Source: Klebsormidium nitens
Lineage: Eukaryota > Plantae > Klebsormidiophyceae
Assembly (NCBI GenBank): GCA_000708835.1
Contig: DF237417.1
Coordinates: 9,999 to 73,998, forward strand
Direction of reading: 5' to 3'
DNA: 64,000 bases
Below, piece after piece: positions 1 to 14,400 of the stretch (positions are counted from its first letter, which is position 1; each line of letters starts with the position of its first letter). The notes beneath the pieces were generated by a model. The model searched no databases and had not been told where the DNA came from. It worked only from the letters and a program-made list of their open reading frames with translations. A program made the position numbers and the translations under genes.

Positions 1-2
1 TT

Positions 3-760
3 CATCCTTACAATCATCAAAGGCATCAAGTTGCTAGTATAGATCTGCTGCAGTCTTCGACTCAGGCTGCCAGGCAGGGCAGCAAGTTCAACCCAAGGAC
101 TGCTCAATACGGGTACTCTCTCAGCTTCCACTGAACTCTTTTGCTACGTCATGTACGACGTATCCACTCACTCGTTTATGCTTTTGAACGATTGTTCGTC
201 CTTCGTTCACGGATTGATAACTCTCGATCGGTGCACGTTCTCGACTTTCATGATAATTACCTGTCATTCTGGACCGCCCTTTCGAAATCTGATATTAAGG
301 AGCCAAAGGCTCCTGACAAATCACCAACATTTAATTGTGAAGAATGGTCAGAGCTTTTTGCAGCTTATGTTCATGTTACAGCAACGGCGCAAAAAAACAG
401 CCGTTGGTTTGAGAGATCAAACTCTTGTCAAAGTTTAGCAAGGAAGCTTCGACTCTATCCATTCGCGATCTGGATACAGAAATCGGCTTGTTGACGCGAA
501 CTTTTTGCTTCATCAAACTGTTTCATCATGACAACGTCAGAGCAGCACCAACTTACATTGTACCAAATCATTGAGCACGGAATTTGGCTTCCTGACACTG
601 ATCTCTTGGCACGTGCCCGAATCTGACCCATCGGAGGCACTTTTGAAAACCTGCCAGTCATTGCAGAGCTCTTCGTATCACCTGATCGTTCCAATCATAG
701 GACTACGATGGGGGCTGCAATGGTAGACCGCTGGTCGATTGGATCATGCAGCATTTTAGG
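3..760 (+). pseudogene. Possible decayed coding remnant of unknown origin
   Basis: Frame 3-494 is open except for one TGA at 132-134. A second frame from 527 is interrupted by a TGA at 623. No motif recognised. Confidence 0.25.
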
Positions 761-2286
761 CCGTTGTCATGATCGCGTATTATTGCTGTTCTAGCTGGTC
801 GCTTTAACTTTGCAAGACTTCGAAAGCTTTACTTAAGCGAGCAATCACGTGCATGGTTGGCGGCCTTGAGGACTTGCTGGTTGCATCGTCCTCGTCGAAA
901 ACGTCTGTAATTAACTTCGACTGAGTCCAGCTCGTTGTGTTGCCTGAAGATAATAGGTACGATCTTGCATCAGTCAAAGATCACCCATCTTCAGTCCGTC
1001 TATCAGGTCCGCACTTAGCAGTGCTGTCAGCACGACGTCAGCATCCGCTGTTGCGTCTTCCTTTCTTATCAAATATGGACGCTCCGTACTGCCGAAGCTT
1101 GGATGGACAACCCATACTCATAGCTCCGAGGGAATCCTGTCCGGACTATCACCTGCATGCTCACGGTAGTATCGGATGGATCTTGTTTTCTAAACACGAT
1201 AGTGTCGCGTGCATCGACCGTTCGCGTTCACGTGATATTTTCTGATTGCCGAGATGGCGGTTGGCTACCTCACCGTTCAACGGTTCTTACCCCGCTCCTC
1301 CGGCTCAGTATTTCTCTTTAATAGCATATCCATTTCAGAGCATATCCATTTCAGAAACTTTCATTGGACTTCAGTCAATTTGAAATCTTCTGATCATTGT
1401 CGTCAACAGCAGGTATGTTGCAACCTCATTTGGAGCCGTGCATTGTCGGGGCTACGATCAACTTTGCTGAAGGCCCTCTGAGTGATCCGCTTTCGTTAGT
1501 CGGAAGTAGCCATGTGCAGATCAGTGAGTGATCGAACTATAGCGCAGGATCCGTTACGCATATTTGAAGGCCTAAAAGATTGATCTCAAGTTCTTCAAAA
1601 CCGCATGCATGTTTGTCGTGACAAACGATGTCGATTCGATGAGCTCCGCCGTAACGTCGATCTACATGCATGGGTCACATGTTCGATCATTACCAATGTG
1701 TATGTATGAGTACGTTGGAGCTCATTCCAAATCTGGGACCTGTTCATGTTTCTGTGGACAATTAAATTACTCGTGAAGCAATTGTTTGTCACCAGCTAGA
1801 CGTCGCGTCCTGACAATGGAGCTCCTCAGTGGCTGGGCCCTCACGAGCGCATAAAAGCCCACCCGGTCGCGCGATAATCACTGGGCAATGGAATACTAGA
1901 GTGTAGGCACACCTACAGCAGAGTGCATATATGGACTGGAGCACTGAACTAATGCTACCGTGACGTGCACTCGACGCATGTTTTGATCCAAGAATGAATC
2001 AATCAAATTGACTGCAGTTGGATCCTGCACAACTGGACATGAGTGCATGCAATTGGATAAACGGTACCCAAAACTCATGGAGCTAAGCAGACACAGAACG
2101 ATGCGGTTTCTATTGATGGTCGTCAGGCGATCAGACTACCTTGCGGACCAACTTATTATGCAGAACCTTCTTATTCTGTACACTCAATGGCGCTTCATCT
2201 GTCCTATGCCATCAGATCTTCAAGAGTCCTATTGCAGTCTCAAGCATACCTGACAACACGAGAGCACATGTAAAACTCACGCATCA

Positions 2287-5200
2287 TCAACTCAGCATCG
2301 TGCCTTCCTTGAGCAACACAAACAGACCGCCCCCATCGCCCCGCGAGATCCTCAGATCCTCATCTAGGTACGTGGTCAGCAACCACGAATCCGAGTTCGC
2401 CCCGTTCCTGATCGGAAACTTGAGCGGCGGCTGTCCGGAGATCATACGTGCAACGCTGGCGGCCGCGTCTTGGAGGGGCTTGGTCAGCGTGTCCAGTGGG
2501 CTGATGTCCAACTGTTGGCCGAAGACGCCGAGCGCCTTGGGGAACTGGAAGCCGTCGTTGAAGTTGGGGGTGTTGATGGTGCCCTCCTCGAAGCGGATCT
2601 GCGTATGATAAAACAGTCTGCTGTTGTTACCCCTGTTTGGTACATGGGCGTAAAGTCCAGACTCCGATAATGCCAATCATTTTGAGTTTCTGTAGGACAC
2701 ACTTCGCAGCCTGGATTTTGGAGGGCCTTCCGCCAGTGGTGTTGTCTTCGACAAAGCGAACTTGCAGGTAAAGGAGCTTCTCGAAAACAACCGTTGTCCG
2801 GGAGGCGTAAGACCCCTGTTTTAAGACCTCTGAGTACCAGAAGCTCGAATTCAGCTTGGCCCTGCAAATGGTGCTCCCACGAAGCGAGTCTGCACGGCAA
2901 GAAAGCTTTGATCTTTGAGAAAGCGAGATTTGTCGATTTCCGAGCTCTGCCCAGAAGAATGGTGGCGTCAGAAGGCGTCGTCAATTGAGTTGTGAAAATA
3001 GCTCTAGAAGGATTCGGGAGGCTTTCGACTCTCTGTTCAGCAGAAGTGCCAGGATTGTCCCCCTGAAGCCTGCTGCGAGGGTAGGAAGATCAACGATCCA
3101 TTGAAGCGATGAGGACGAACGATCTTGGCATGGCGGCAGTTTGTCACTTGCCCTATACACAGTCCGAAGTAATTGCAAAAGAGTCAATCCAAGTAGGAAC
3201 TAAATGATTTGTGTGCGACTCGCGAAGTTAAAAGCAGCCTAGTCAACCCACCTCTAGCACTTTCTATTCTACGTCTAAAGCTTGCGTACTTCTTCAGCTC
3301 TTCTTCGTCACTGCAGGCATTGCAAAACGACCTTCTATGTTGCCAGGTTAACCCAACATTCTGTCATAAGTCCCTCAAAGGCAAAGTACCCAAATTCAAC
3401 CGCCAGTAGCAGTCACCTTGAATGTTGAAGTAAAAGAAGCTAACTCCAAGCAAGGGGAACTCTCTCTGTCCCAGCTTTTTGGTTTGGAATCGTAACAAAA
3501 CGATCAGACAGCTTACCTGAATCCTCTTCGGCGAGCGGACCTCGATCGCTGCGGTGACGCTAAACGAGTTGGAGCCCAGGGGTCCCTTGTACTGCACTGC
3601 GTTGGTGGCCGTGAATCCATACGTGTCAATGGACTGGGAGATCTCACCGACCTCGATTCCGGGCAGGTTGCTGGCGGCCAGGAGGGGGTACAGCTCCGAG
3701 AAGCTTGTGTAACTGCAAAAGGGAGGCCAGGAAGACTGCCTGTCAGTACAGGGTGATTTGGACTCAGCGGACTTTCTGCCCAAGGTCAACGCTTGCAGAG
3801 TGGCTTCGCAATGACTTCTCACATACAGCGAATTGCGTGGTCAGATGGGGTGTCAAGCTAGTTGCTAGAGTATGTAAAGTGCGATGATGCAGGCAGACAA
3901 TGAAAATAATCTAAAAGAGAAGGACCTTTTGTTTGCAAGAGTGAATGAAGACCACCCTTAGGATGTCGAGCGCAATTCATTAGAAATTGGTTCAGTGCAC
4001 TGATAAGGCTTGTAATGCGAATTGACTCCCAGAGACCAGGAAAAACCTTGCTGCGAGGGGCAGAGTTGGAGGCGCAGCAGGAAACTCTATTGTGACAGCC
4101 AGCAAAATCATAGCGCGTGAAGCTTCCGGTGGCTGCCCCAGGCTAGCCTGGTAGTGCTTTTCAAAATTGCAGGGAACTATGCCGAGTTGCTACAACTTCA
4201 GTCTTGTTTGACCTTTGTGCTTTTGGCATGGCCCTGTCAGGAGGCGTGATGAGGCAAAAGATGGAGAGCGGGGGAGCCATTCGAGAAACAGCAGAAAGTC
4301 CCGCCAGGCAAAGCAAAAAAGCAACCAAAAAGAAAGGTGCACCACAAAGAGCAGAAAAAGATAGACTTGTCGATCGATAAATTTAGCAGCCGCTTAGCAC
4401 AGTACAAAACTGCAAATGCAATCCTTTTGCATACCTGCATCATTCATCCAAGTAGCGAGTGGGTAGGCAAAGACGCTGCATAGATCACTATCAACCGTCT
4501 GACAGTATCCTGCTTGAGAAAGACTCGACCTTGGGGTAACCGCACTTGATCCCAGTCGCAGCTAGTCCCAGTTCTTTCAGAACACTTCTCATCTGAAGAA
4601 CGCTCTAAACTAAGAGACCCAAGAACTGCCAGATCTTGAAAGTTGCTCAAATCCTTGGCACAAATGTAACCAAACCAGCGCTGTCCAAGGATCATGCCAC
4701 TGTCGCCACAGGGGTGGATCCACTGACTCGTAAGCTTGATAGATCCAACTGCTGCTGATATTTACTTGCAGTGGGATCTTGCTAATCAATAACAAGTCAG
4801 CAGAAAACGAGCACACCGCAGTATACCAACAAACAAGGAATGAATGGCAGGTGGTAAAGTGAAAACTTCTCTCACTCTCCCCTACCTCATGAATGGTTTT
4901 GCCCTCCACAGATGCCTCGATCTCTGGCGTTCATACCACCCCCAACGTCGCCACACAGAGATATCGGTCAACTCAACGGCGTCCACCGCCCAGAATCTGC
5001 GAAGGTATTGCTCTGAAAGAAAAGAGATTGTTACTCACGCCAGATTCCACTTTCCATTGAGGAGCTCCAGTTTCTCTGTCGGCGCAGGGTTCGGGTTGGC
5101 CGCCTCTAGTTGGCTAATGATCTCTGTGATCTCAGCCCTGGTCTCGCTGCTCGCTCTCAGACCCCTGTCTGTCCCGTACAACGTATCGACCAGCTGCTGT

Positions 5201-5608
5201 TTGAGATCCTTGGTGCTGAGCTCAGTGGGACCCTTGGTGACCTCACTCCCCTCGATCGGTTCCACGTCAGACGGCACTGTGTCTGCAGGAGGGAACTCAT
5301 CTGCAACTACGATAGCGGTCTGACCAGGCTCAGCATTGGGGTCTGCAGGATCGTACGTGCCTGCATTTGGACCAACAGCTGCAAGGATGTTCAACGGTTG
5401 CCTTCCAAAATGTTTTTGCTGCACTTTTGTAATGTTCAGCTGCTTTCCGCTAAAAGCTTTGAAAGACGGAAGAGCACACTTGGACGAGGAGTGCAGAGGA
5501 ATGGCCGCGCGGATAGGAGCCTTGCTGATGTCAGTGCACGGGCATCCTGTGCTCCAGAGGCTGGCGTTCTTCAGGAGGTGCCCCTGCAAGCTTGCTGTGG
5601 CCGCCATA
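2287..5608 (-). CDS. Plastid lipid-associated protein / fibrillin (FBN1-like), 3 exons: 5608-5039, 3712-3517, 2598-2287
   Basis: Transit-peptide-like N-terminus, then [56 protein letters not shown] and C-terminal [24 protein letters not shown], typical of PAP/fibrillin. GT-AG junctions keep phase. Confidence 0.93.
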
Positions 5609-6364
5609 ATAAGCGCAGTGGTGAGACTGCTGGCCTCGTTCCCCTCTGCTTTTCTGCTTTCTTCTGCACTCGAATGCACCTTTCCAAGAGCAGATTGAAA
5701 CGTTTGCTGCAAGAGAGATCTGGGTCGCTTCTTCCAGAAACCTTCTGCACAAGGGCTTCGTGAGACGGGGTTGACGTGGACTACTCTCAAAGCGTCCGAT
5801 GAAGGACGGCGAGTGTTCCAACCGTCGATTGAGGATGCGAATTGCCGCCTTATGATACGAACTTGGTATTAGTAGGTAGTACCTAGCCTTTCGGTGCACC
5901 CGCTCTGCGCTAACATCGCAGGTCGATCTGAATTGTTCCAAGTTCAACGTCGGCAGGTTTAATAAAGCCATGCAATTGAGGCTGCCCGTGCAGGCTGTCA
6001 TACTACCTAATAGCCGCCAGTGATCCCCACCCTTCATACTGCGCTCAGCGCGTTTGCATGCTCCATGCGCGGCGAAGGTGCAGGCTAGCCTTCTTGTTGG
6101 CCTATCTTGTATCGACCCACAAACTAACATATACCGCAGATGGCTTAACAACTGACAGCCAGAGATTGTGTGAAACTTCGCATGGTAGGTATTGTGCATT
6201 TACATGACACCTGCGAACGCCCGTGTGAGTGGGAAAGTCCATCATGATTGCTGGCACCATTGAGCGAAAAAAAGGTGCTTCCATTGTGCGTGCTTGAGGC
6301 AGGCTCTTGGCTTGAACAAGTCAGCAAAGAATCTATGTACAAAGGACATCTTCAATGTGGATCA

Positions 6365-9300
6365 TCAGCCTTTTAAAGAGTAACCCTTGCCGGAGAAAGC
6401 CGCAAAGCTGGACTTTTTCTCCTCGGGCTCCTTTGGTTTCTCGGGACCTTTTCCTTTGTCCGGTGCTTTCCCCTTGTCCGAAGCTGGGACCTGGATGTAG
6501 GACAGGATAGAAAGGCTGAGTGATTCCCGCAAATCCCTTTCTGTGAAAACGGTGCCTGGATAACGAGGGCCCGACTAACGAATGACTCGGCAAGGTTGCA
6601 CAGCACCTATCTCTGTAACGGCAATGCATAAACGCAAGAGCTTGCATGCATTTGTATCTCGAAATTCAAGCCTCTTGCCAACGCTATGTGTCCCGCATCA
6701 GGAGGAAAGCGAAGACCTTCGCCTATGCCACCTGTTGCCCAATGATAGGCGTCGTTGAAACACGTACTATAAACTCAGAACCGGAAAACAAAATCCAGCG
6801 AAAGCCGGGAGTAGGACTCCCTGCAATGCACCAAAACAACAAGATGGAAGGGCCTGCAGACCGCATTCGACCATCCATGTTTTCTTCCAACCTCCTACTA
6901 TTTTGAGGAGGTTAATAATAATCCGCCCAATTATTCGAACCGTCCATAGTGTTATGTACTGACACGACACGTTCCTGCGGCTGTGCAATGAGGAGCTAAG
7001 ACCACCCGTATCGATCCTTAACCAGACACAGTACAAAGCTCACCTTTGGTGCAGCGGCGGCCCCTCCCGCCCCAAACACCAGCTTCCCCGACGCTCTTCT
7101 TGGCGCCTCCGCGGGAGCGGCCGCGGGCGCCGGGTTGGTCCCCGTTCGCGGAGGGGCTGATGAGGTTCCTGCTCGCGCCGCCGCCGCTGCCGCGGCTCCC
7201 GTCGAAGGAGACGGTGACGTTTTCGGGGCCTTCCCGTCGAGCCTCTTTCCGGAGCCGGTGAAGGGAGTGAACTTGGGCTCCTCTGGGGCGGGCTCCGGTT
7301 CGGCTCCTGAAGAGGAAACAAACAGATAAATCAGCGGATACGTTACACGGAAAGGAAAAGCAAGGAAAGGCCTTACCTTGGGATCCTTGAAGGCAGGCTC
7401 CAGATCGGCACCTGGGGCGCAAGAGGACTCGACGACAGCTCTTTCTGAGTGAAAGAGGTCTTGAACCCGACCCAAGAGCTGTTTTTCGGCTGTTGTCATC
7501 TGGAATGATTGCCCTCAACGTTTCCCTAATGAGCCCCGCATAATCAAGCTGGCAAGACCAAAAACAGCTCAAACGCTTTTGGCCAAAAGCTATTACCCGT
7601 CCTTTCGACGTTCCGTCCGGAAAGAAACATAGTGGCTTTCGTCACTACGGCTCACATGGGAGGTACGAAGCATACACCCACCTGCTTTCGGCGCGCCTGC
7701 CTTTGGCTCTGCCACCGGCGGGGCCGGGCGTGGAACTCGCTCTGGCTCCTTGTAATCCAGGGGCGCCGCAAAATCAACCTCGCAGTCGGTCTCGATGATG
7801 GAGATGGCGGGGCCGGGCTTGGCTTCGACGATGTTGATGTAATACTTCTTGTTGTTGTACGCCATCATGATGTTGTCGCCCGTCGTGAGGCACGAGAAGG
7901 AGCGCAGCGTCGTCTCCAGGCTGCATGCACGAGGTGGGGAATTGTTAGCTATTGAGGACTGACAGGAACCTTTCCTAAACCTTGATAGTCAGGTGGATAA
8001 ACACTTGAAGAAGCGCCAGACAAACCTCCTCCAACGGGTGCTCACCATGCGCCGCACCATTAGCGATTCGGGCTGTCCACGACCAAGGCTGAACGTTTAG
8101 TACATCAATGAAGACATCGCTACCAATGCCTCGAAAGAGGCCGGACTCTTCTCGGTCAAACGTAATGGATGTTCGAACTCACGGAAATCAACCACATCTA
8201 CCGTCTGCAATATTGGACTGAGAAGGGTTTGCAGATCGAGTTCAGCACAAGCGTAGTAAAATCTTTGCAGAGACTTTTAAATAATTTTCGAGGATACAGC
8301 TCCCTTTCCACGTTATTGAGAATCTTCGAGCATCTCAAATAAGAGGAATTTCACCAGTCTGCTGCAACGAGACACACATTTCCACTAAGCGACAACTTCG
8401 TGCGAGCGGAATGGAAACATCTCCTGGTCTACTGGAAATCTGGATATAGGCCAACAGCTTTCAGAGCAGACGACGCTACTCACACAGCCTTCGGGTTGGA
8501 GATATCGAGGAAGTCCGACGTGTGCGGCTGCAGCTTAACGTACGTCCCCTTGGGCAGCGTGGCGCTCTTAAGCCGCACCAGGTCTCCCTCCGACAGCAGC
8601 AGATTTTGCATCATCTGTGGAGCAAGCAAGAGGAAAGGTTTAGGAACCATGTCCATTCAATAGAGGGGAGCTGTTTGCTTTCTAAGATAGTTGCGTCGAG
8701 AACGGGAGAAACAAAGTCAACATTTTGTTGTTGCGGACTAACAATTTCAAAGGCGGAAAGGGATGCAAGATCAGTCCCTGGTTGATTGACGAAGACGAGC
8801 TTCATCTTTGCACATCAACCACAAGGAGTTTCACTTATCGAACAGCGAAACCTCGTGGTTGATACCCAAAATATCATCAGCACCAGCTTTCTCCTTTCAA
8901 TCCTCAAAACCGACTACGAAAGAACGACCTGCGAAAATCGCTTCATATAACAAAGAACACGTGGTGTTTGTATCAAACCAGAAACCAAAGAGCTATGGCT
9001 CGACACAAATTGAGGATCTCAGCTCACCCAGTATGGCATGTAGACAGCGCCCTCGTCTGCAATGAACTCCAGCACTCCGCAGTGTGACTTGTTGCCCTCA
9101 GCCGGGTTGGTCACCTCAAAAAGCATGGGGTAGTCGATGTGAAGGGACGCTGCAGCACACCAACATGGAGGTTACGAACGCTGTTATCTGACCAGACGAG
9201 CCTGGCAGGAAGAGGTGCCAGGTATCTCGAGATATTATCAGCCTACAGTATTGCTCAACTTTGGCGTAGGAAGGGGGCTTCATCGAGATTGCTACCAGCG

Positions 9301-10648
9301 TTTACATGTTGTCTCTCCTTGACTTTGAGGATTCTACCACATGCTCAACCAAGTAACACTTCACTGAAGTCAGATTTGCTCCATGGGTCATGGCCATCAC
9401 AAAGCACGACAACAGAAAGCATCCAATCTCGTTGACCAATTTCAGCAAACGTAACCGGACTTGGACACGAATCAGCTCAGGATAAATAGAGAATTGGACA
9501 GAGACAAGACACAATTATTCTCATTGCTGGCACCGCCAGACTAGTAGTCAAGTCTTGTTTCCTCACCAAGCCGGTCAAGTGCTGAGGGAGGCATGATAAC
9601 TGCAAAGGAAAAACGGAGGTAAGTATTTTCAAGAATCCCTTGGAAGACACTTCATCCGACTTGCTATATAAGCACACCGGCAAAAGTTTCATGTCAAAAC
9701 AACAATATCAAACGAGACCTTGACCTGTGCAACACTGCAACTCGGGAAATGTTTGTAGCTTTCAAAGGTCTTGCACGAGAGACTGGACAATTCGTGAAAA
9801 CAGGTCGCTGCTCCTGCAACATGCAAAGCAACTCACTTTTGTCCCCACTCTCCAGGTGCGGCTGCAAGAAACAGGTGGTGGTATATCAGGTGACTAAGAC
9901 CAATGAGGATTTAGAGCAACTGCAATCCTCCAGCAGCTTTAAGGCGCATCTGAACAATTCAAACCGCAGCTCATATGAGGTGCTGCATCCATGCCCCCTG
10001 ATTGACGACCAGAGTGGCAAGTAAAGAACGAAACATTTCTTTTCAGAGGGTCATCATGTGACCCGTAATGCCTCAGCGACCAGATAACCCGTATGCCGTA
10101 CCCTTGATTGCTAAACATGGGACCATATGAACAAACTTTTGGCAAAACGAGGACAGAGAATGTTGCGTTAGGGGCCGCCGTGGATCCACTCAGTTAGACG
10201 CTTTCTTTCAGGAGTCAATCTCGTTGAAGCGCTCACCTTGTCAATGAATGAGACAGGGTACACACGATAGCTCTGCTCGAATCTTTGCTGGCCCATGGGC
10301 CCTCCGAAAGGGAAACCCCCGCCCGGGCCGCCAAAGGGCCCACCACCATTATAACCAGGGAAAAACTGCATAAGATTCAGTGGTGTGCTGTTGTTTGCGG
10401 TATCTTGTCGTGTGATCATGTTGTGCTGCACTCATCAGGACTCATGTGAGGAATTGTTTACGTCCTTCTGCAGTGCAAGCTTGCAACAGCAGCTGCTCCT
10501 CTCAAACCTCAGAGATGGTGACCAGAGCAAACAACAGTGCCACAGGAAATAACAAAAATGAGCGAGCAAATCATGATCGATATGAAGTCAAACACCGTGC
10601 ATACTTGTTCCAGCTGCAAAAGATCCTTTAGGTCTATGCCCTCACCAT
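6365..10648 (-). CDS. UFD1: Ubiquitin fusion degradation protein 1. Exons: ATG 10648-10646 (tentative), 10365-10237, 9861-9837, 9599-9567, 9149-9028, 8614-8484, 7920-7682, 7306-7044, 6490-6365
   Basis: [101 protein letters not shown] boxes [10 protein letters not shown] and FSGKGYSL. All exon phases are consistent. Confidence 0.95.
7377..7411 (-). repeat. Degenerate copy of the first 35 nt of UFD1 exon 7306-7044, with its own AG and GTAAG
   Basis: cag|GTGCCGATCTGGAGCCTGCCTTCAAGGATCCCAAG|gtaag versus cag|GAGCCGAACCGGAGCCCGCCCCAGAGGAGCCCAAG. Confidence 0.6.
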
Positions 10649-11497
10649 GATGACGTCCTACAAACACCTTCTCCTTCAATGGCAGGTCCACAATCAAGAC
10701 GCAGCATGCACCAAGAATTCAAAGCCTATGCAATGATACTTCCGCTGCAACCTCCGTGAAGTCTCCTGGACTAACTCTAAGAGTGCGATCAACAACGCGC
10801 TTGCGATCCCAAGGTTTGCCTAGCTTTTGTCCTCCTTATCTCTCGTATGATCCGCTCTCGACTCAAGCGATGTGCAGCCTGTGCGTCGTTGTCTTGTCTT
10901 CACTCCGAGTCCTGGGCCCTGGCAACTTTCTGCATGAGGAAAGCTGAGCCTGTAGGAAAGCGTGTAGTGGAGCCCAATTCTGGGTTTTGGTCGAGGTGGT
11001 CAGGTTCCGAAGAGGGAGCAAAACAAACAGAAACCCTTGCCGGATTTCTCGTAAGAGGCGTGTTCGAATGGAGACAGAGATTGACCAGTGGAAGCAGTGA
11101 CAAACCAAGACAAACACAACGGTAAGGGTCAAAGGCAGGTTTACTTGAAGTTTTCGAGGAGGTTTGTTTTGCAGCGAAGAAGAAAGGCGCGCAAAGATCA
11201 GCGTCGAAACACTCGCAATTGGAGAAGCGAGAGAAGTGAAGGGAGGCTGTGGCAGCACGACGTACTGGCAGTCGTGGCTTCCCACTGTTGATCTTGTGGA
11301 AGAAAAAGCGGTTCACTGTGGAAGCGAGGGAGATTAGCGCGTTATTATCTAGCCGTTGACGACCAGTTAGCTTTGGAGGCAAGGTAGTCGGGCGTCGGAT
11401 GTTTGTTTGAGGACCATTGGTTTGTACAGCAGCAGGAACGCAATTCTCAGAGAGCATCGCACCCGAGGCCCGGGCGAACAGAACAAGGGGGGTCGCC

Positions 11498-14400
11498 ATG
11501 TCGATGTCAAAGAGCAGCAAGCTGCTGCACCACATAAATTACAGGATGCGGGTCACATTGCAGGACGGGCGGCAGCTGGTGGGAAAGTTCATGGCGTTTG
11601 ACAAGCACATGAACCTGGTGCTGGGGGATTGTGAAGAATTCAGAAAATTGCCTCAGAAGAAGGGCAAATCTGCAGAGGACAGGGAGGAGAGGAGGACGCT
11701 GGGGCTCTTGTTGCTTAGAGGAGAGGTAATTTTGCTGGCGCCTGATGGTTGCTGAATACGAATCAGTACCTTACTTGATCTGCTTGTTGTACAAGTGGCG
11801 GCGATGAAGAAGTTGCATGTGTGCAGTGTTTGCATCAATTCTCCTTGTTTGGTGAATCTATTTCATCTCTTTGACCTACCTCGTGAGTTTGCCGGAATGC
11901 GGTACTGATTGCGCTGCTTTTCTGCTCAACCATTACCATCGGTGGTACTACAAATTGGTGCATTGTGATCGTGCAAAGCACCTTCTTTAAACTGGTGCCT
12001 CTAGGTCCAACATCCAACACACTGTAGCTTCTTAAGCAGTCGCTAGAATGTAGCGCCAATCAGAAATGCAAGAGTAATGTGTCTGATTTTTTCAAAAGAA
12101 GTTGTTGGCAAGTCGGAAGATGGAGATTCTTGTCAAGTATGATGAATTGCTTGTTTTGACACCTTTTGGCCACCTTGCTCGTTAATCTGATTGGTTTGTG
12201 AGTCTGTTACTCTGCACTCATGTCTTACAGAGTATTTTTACATTTACGTATCTCATGGTTCTAGGGAGGAGATGGGAGAAGCATTGCCTGTTGTTGCTGA
12301 GCGTCACAGTGTGAGCATCAATTTTCTGAGTTCTGCCAAAATGAGGCTATCCTGGTCGCCCGCAGCTCGTATTTGTGTGATTTAGAAAGACCATCTTCTC
12401 ATTAGTTTTCTCAGCGCTCAAGTGTTGCTGTGCTCTGATGTGATCTGCAGGAAGTCGTGTCACTGACTGTAGAAGGCCCGCCGCCGCAAGAGGAGTCGCG
12501 AGCGAAGGCAATGGCCGCTTCCGGAGGTCCAGGAGTGGGTAGGGCGGCAGGTAAGCTCACAGATTGGTGACCCATCTTTATGGTAAATAGAGTACTCTGC
12601 GACGCAGGTTCCTCCCAGTGAGCTTGAATGTCCCATTGCCTACATCATGCTGGCGTGGTCTATTTGCAGTTATCTTGGCCGCACTTGTTAACACTCCTTG
12701 GCACTCTTACTCTCGAGAGCCCTCTGGACTGAAATCGAAGTTGGCTGATCGCTTACATTTTCGACAAGCACGATGGTATGCTTCCTTTTGCATGTGCATT
12801 TTCAGAGCAGGCTTGCCGTAGCCCTGAAGCAACCCCAATTCTCAAGCAAGAGCCACTCAACGCCACTTGCAAGGCTTCTATCTTTTTCAAAGCCTACTTT
12901 GGCTTCTCAGACCTCATTAAGCGCGCCCCTCTTACCCACGCCCCATTCTCGTCGCAGGCAGGGGTATTCCGACTGCCCCCCTGGGTCAAGCCGCGCCGGG
13001 TTTAGCGGGGCCAGTTCGTGGGGTGGGGGGCCCAGCGGCAGCAATGATGCAACCCCAGGGACGGGGGATTGCAGCAGCAGCAGCCCCAGTGTCATACGGA
13101 GCCCCCGGTCAGATGCCCCCCGGACAGAGGCCCCCAGGCACGATGCCGCCGCCGCCAGGGGTCGCTCCCGCCGCTGGTGTCTACCGTCCTCCGCCAGGTA
13201 AGCGAATTTGGTCCTTCGACAGTTTTGGTCCACTCCATGTTGCATTGCATCGGCTCATGGAGAGAGAGTGGTGTTTTATAACATCGTAAAGGTGGAGGAC
13301 ATGGACCGTAGGTGAATGTTTAGCAACAAGGGAGAGCTGCGGTCAGCTTTGACACAGGTTTTTAGTTTTCATCCAGAGTGTACGAATAGGGTGGTCAAGG
13401 ACAGCTGAAGAGTTGCCTTGGGGCTTTGGGTTGCTAAGGCTTGAAAATGCAAAGCGTTTTGAAGAGCGGCATGCTTGTGCACCAGCCCATGCTAGCCCGT
13501 TTGCCTGGCCGAATCTGGACTTGAGTCGTGTTTGCAACCATAGCACCAGGGACGTCAAGACGAAGTCCGCTGATGAAAGAAAGTAGCCGCATGTCTGGAG
13601 AGTCTGTCTTTTCGCCTCTTGAAAAGTGGACAGCATTGTGGTTCCCTCGTATGTTGAATATGTCCTGAATATTACTACGACTTTTGAAGTCGCTGCTGTT
13701 TCAATGTTCGTTTTCCTGAGGGGTTTGAGGGACAGATTTTCTGGAGCACCTTAAGAGGAGCACATCAGATTTGCTGAGCAACTTAGACGTAGCGCAGTAT
13801 GTGTTTCAAGGGCAGGGCTTCATATCATGCCCTGGCTTTGTAATTCTCAAAAAGGAACCGAGTAGGATTTGCAGCAAGTATCTTTGTCACAACCACGATC
13901 TGGGTATATCATTGCCTCATCATTCAAAGCCTACTTTCATGTCTGCTCGGCTTGGATCAGGCACTTTTACACTTTCGGCGGCAGGTTCGCGAAGCCTCTT
14001 CTTTTTCAAGATTCAGTCGTCCTCTTTACTTACATAGTCTTGGTTCTAGATCTCCGGATAAAGTCCCAAGAGTTTAAAGCCAGGCTTGACTTGAACTCAA
14101 CTGGAGAACCATCCCAACAAAGTCTCCTTCCGGTTATCCAGGTGCTCCTCCTCCCGGCTATCGACCTCCCACAGGTGCTCCTCCCCCTGGCGCCCCCCCC
14201 GTTGGCTTCCGCCCCCCTCCTGGAGCCATGCCGCCAGGTACGATCAGAAAGATTGCAGCTCTGCCGTGGTTTTCCTTCTTGTATACCTGTTCAGCAGCGA
14301 TTACGAACACCTATGTGCATCTCTCTCGACAATCGACTTGCCGAGAACCTGCTCCTGTGATCGATGGTGGGGCAGTTGCATCATTCTTCTGGTTAGATGG

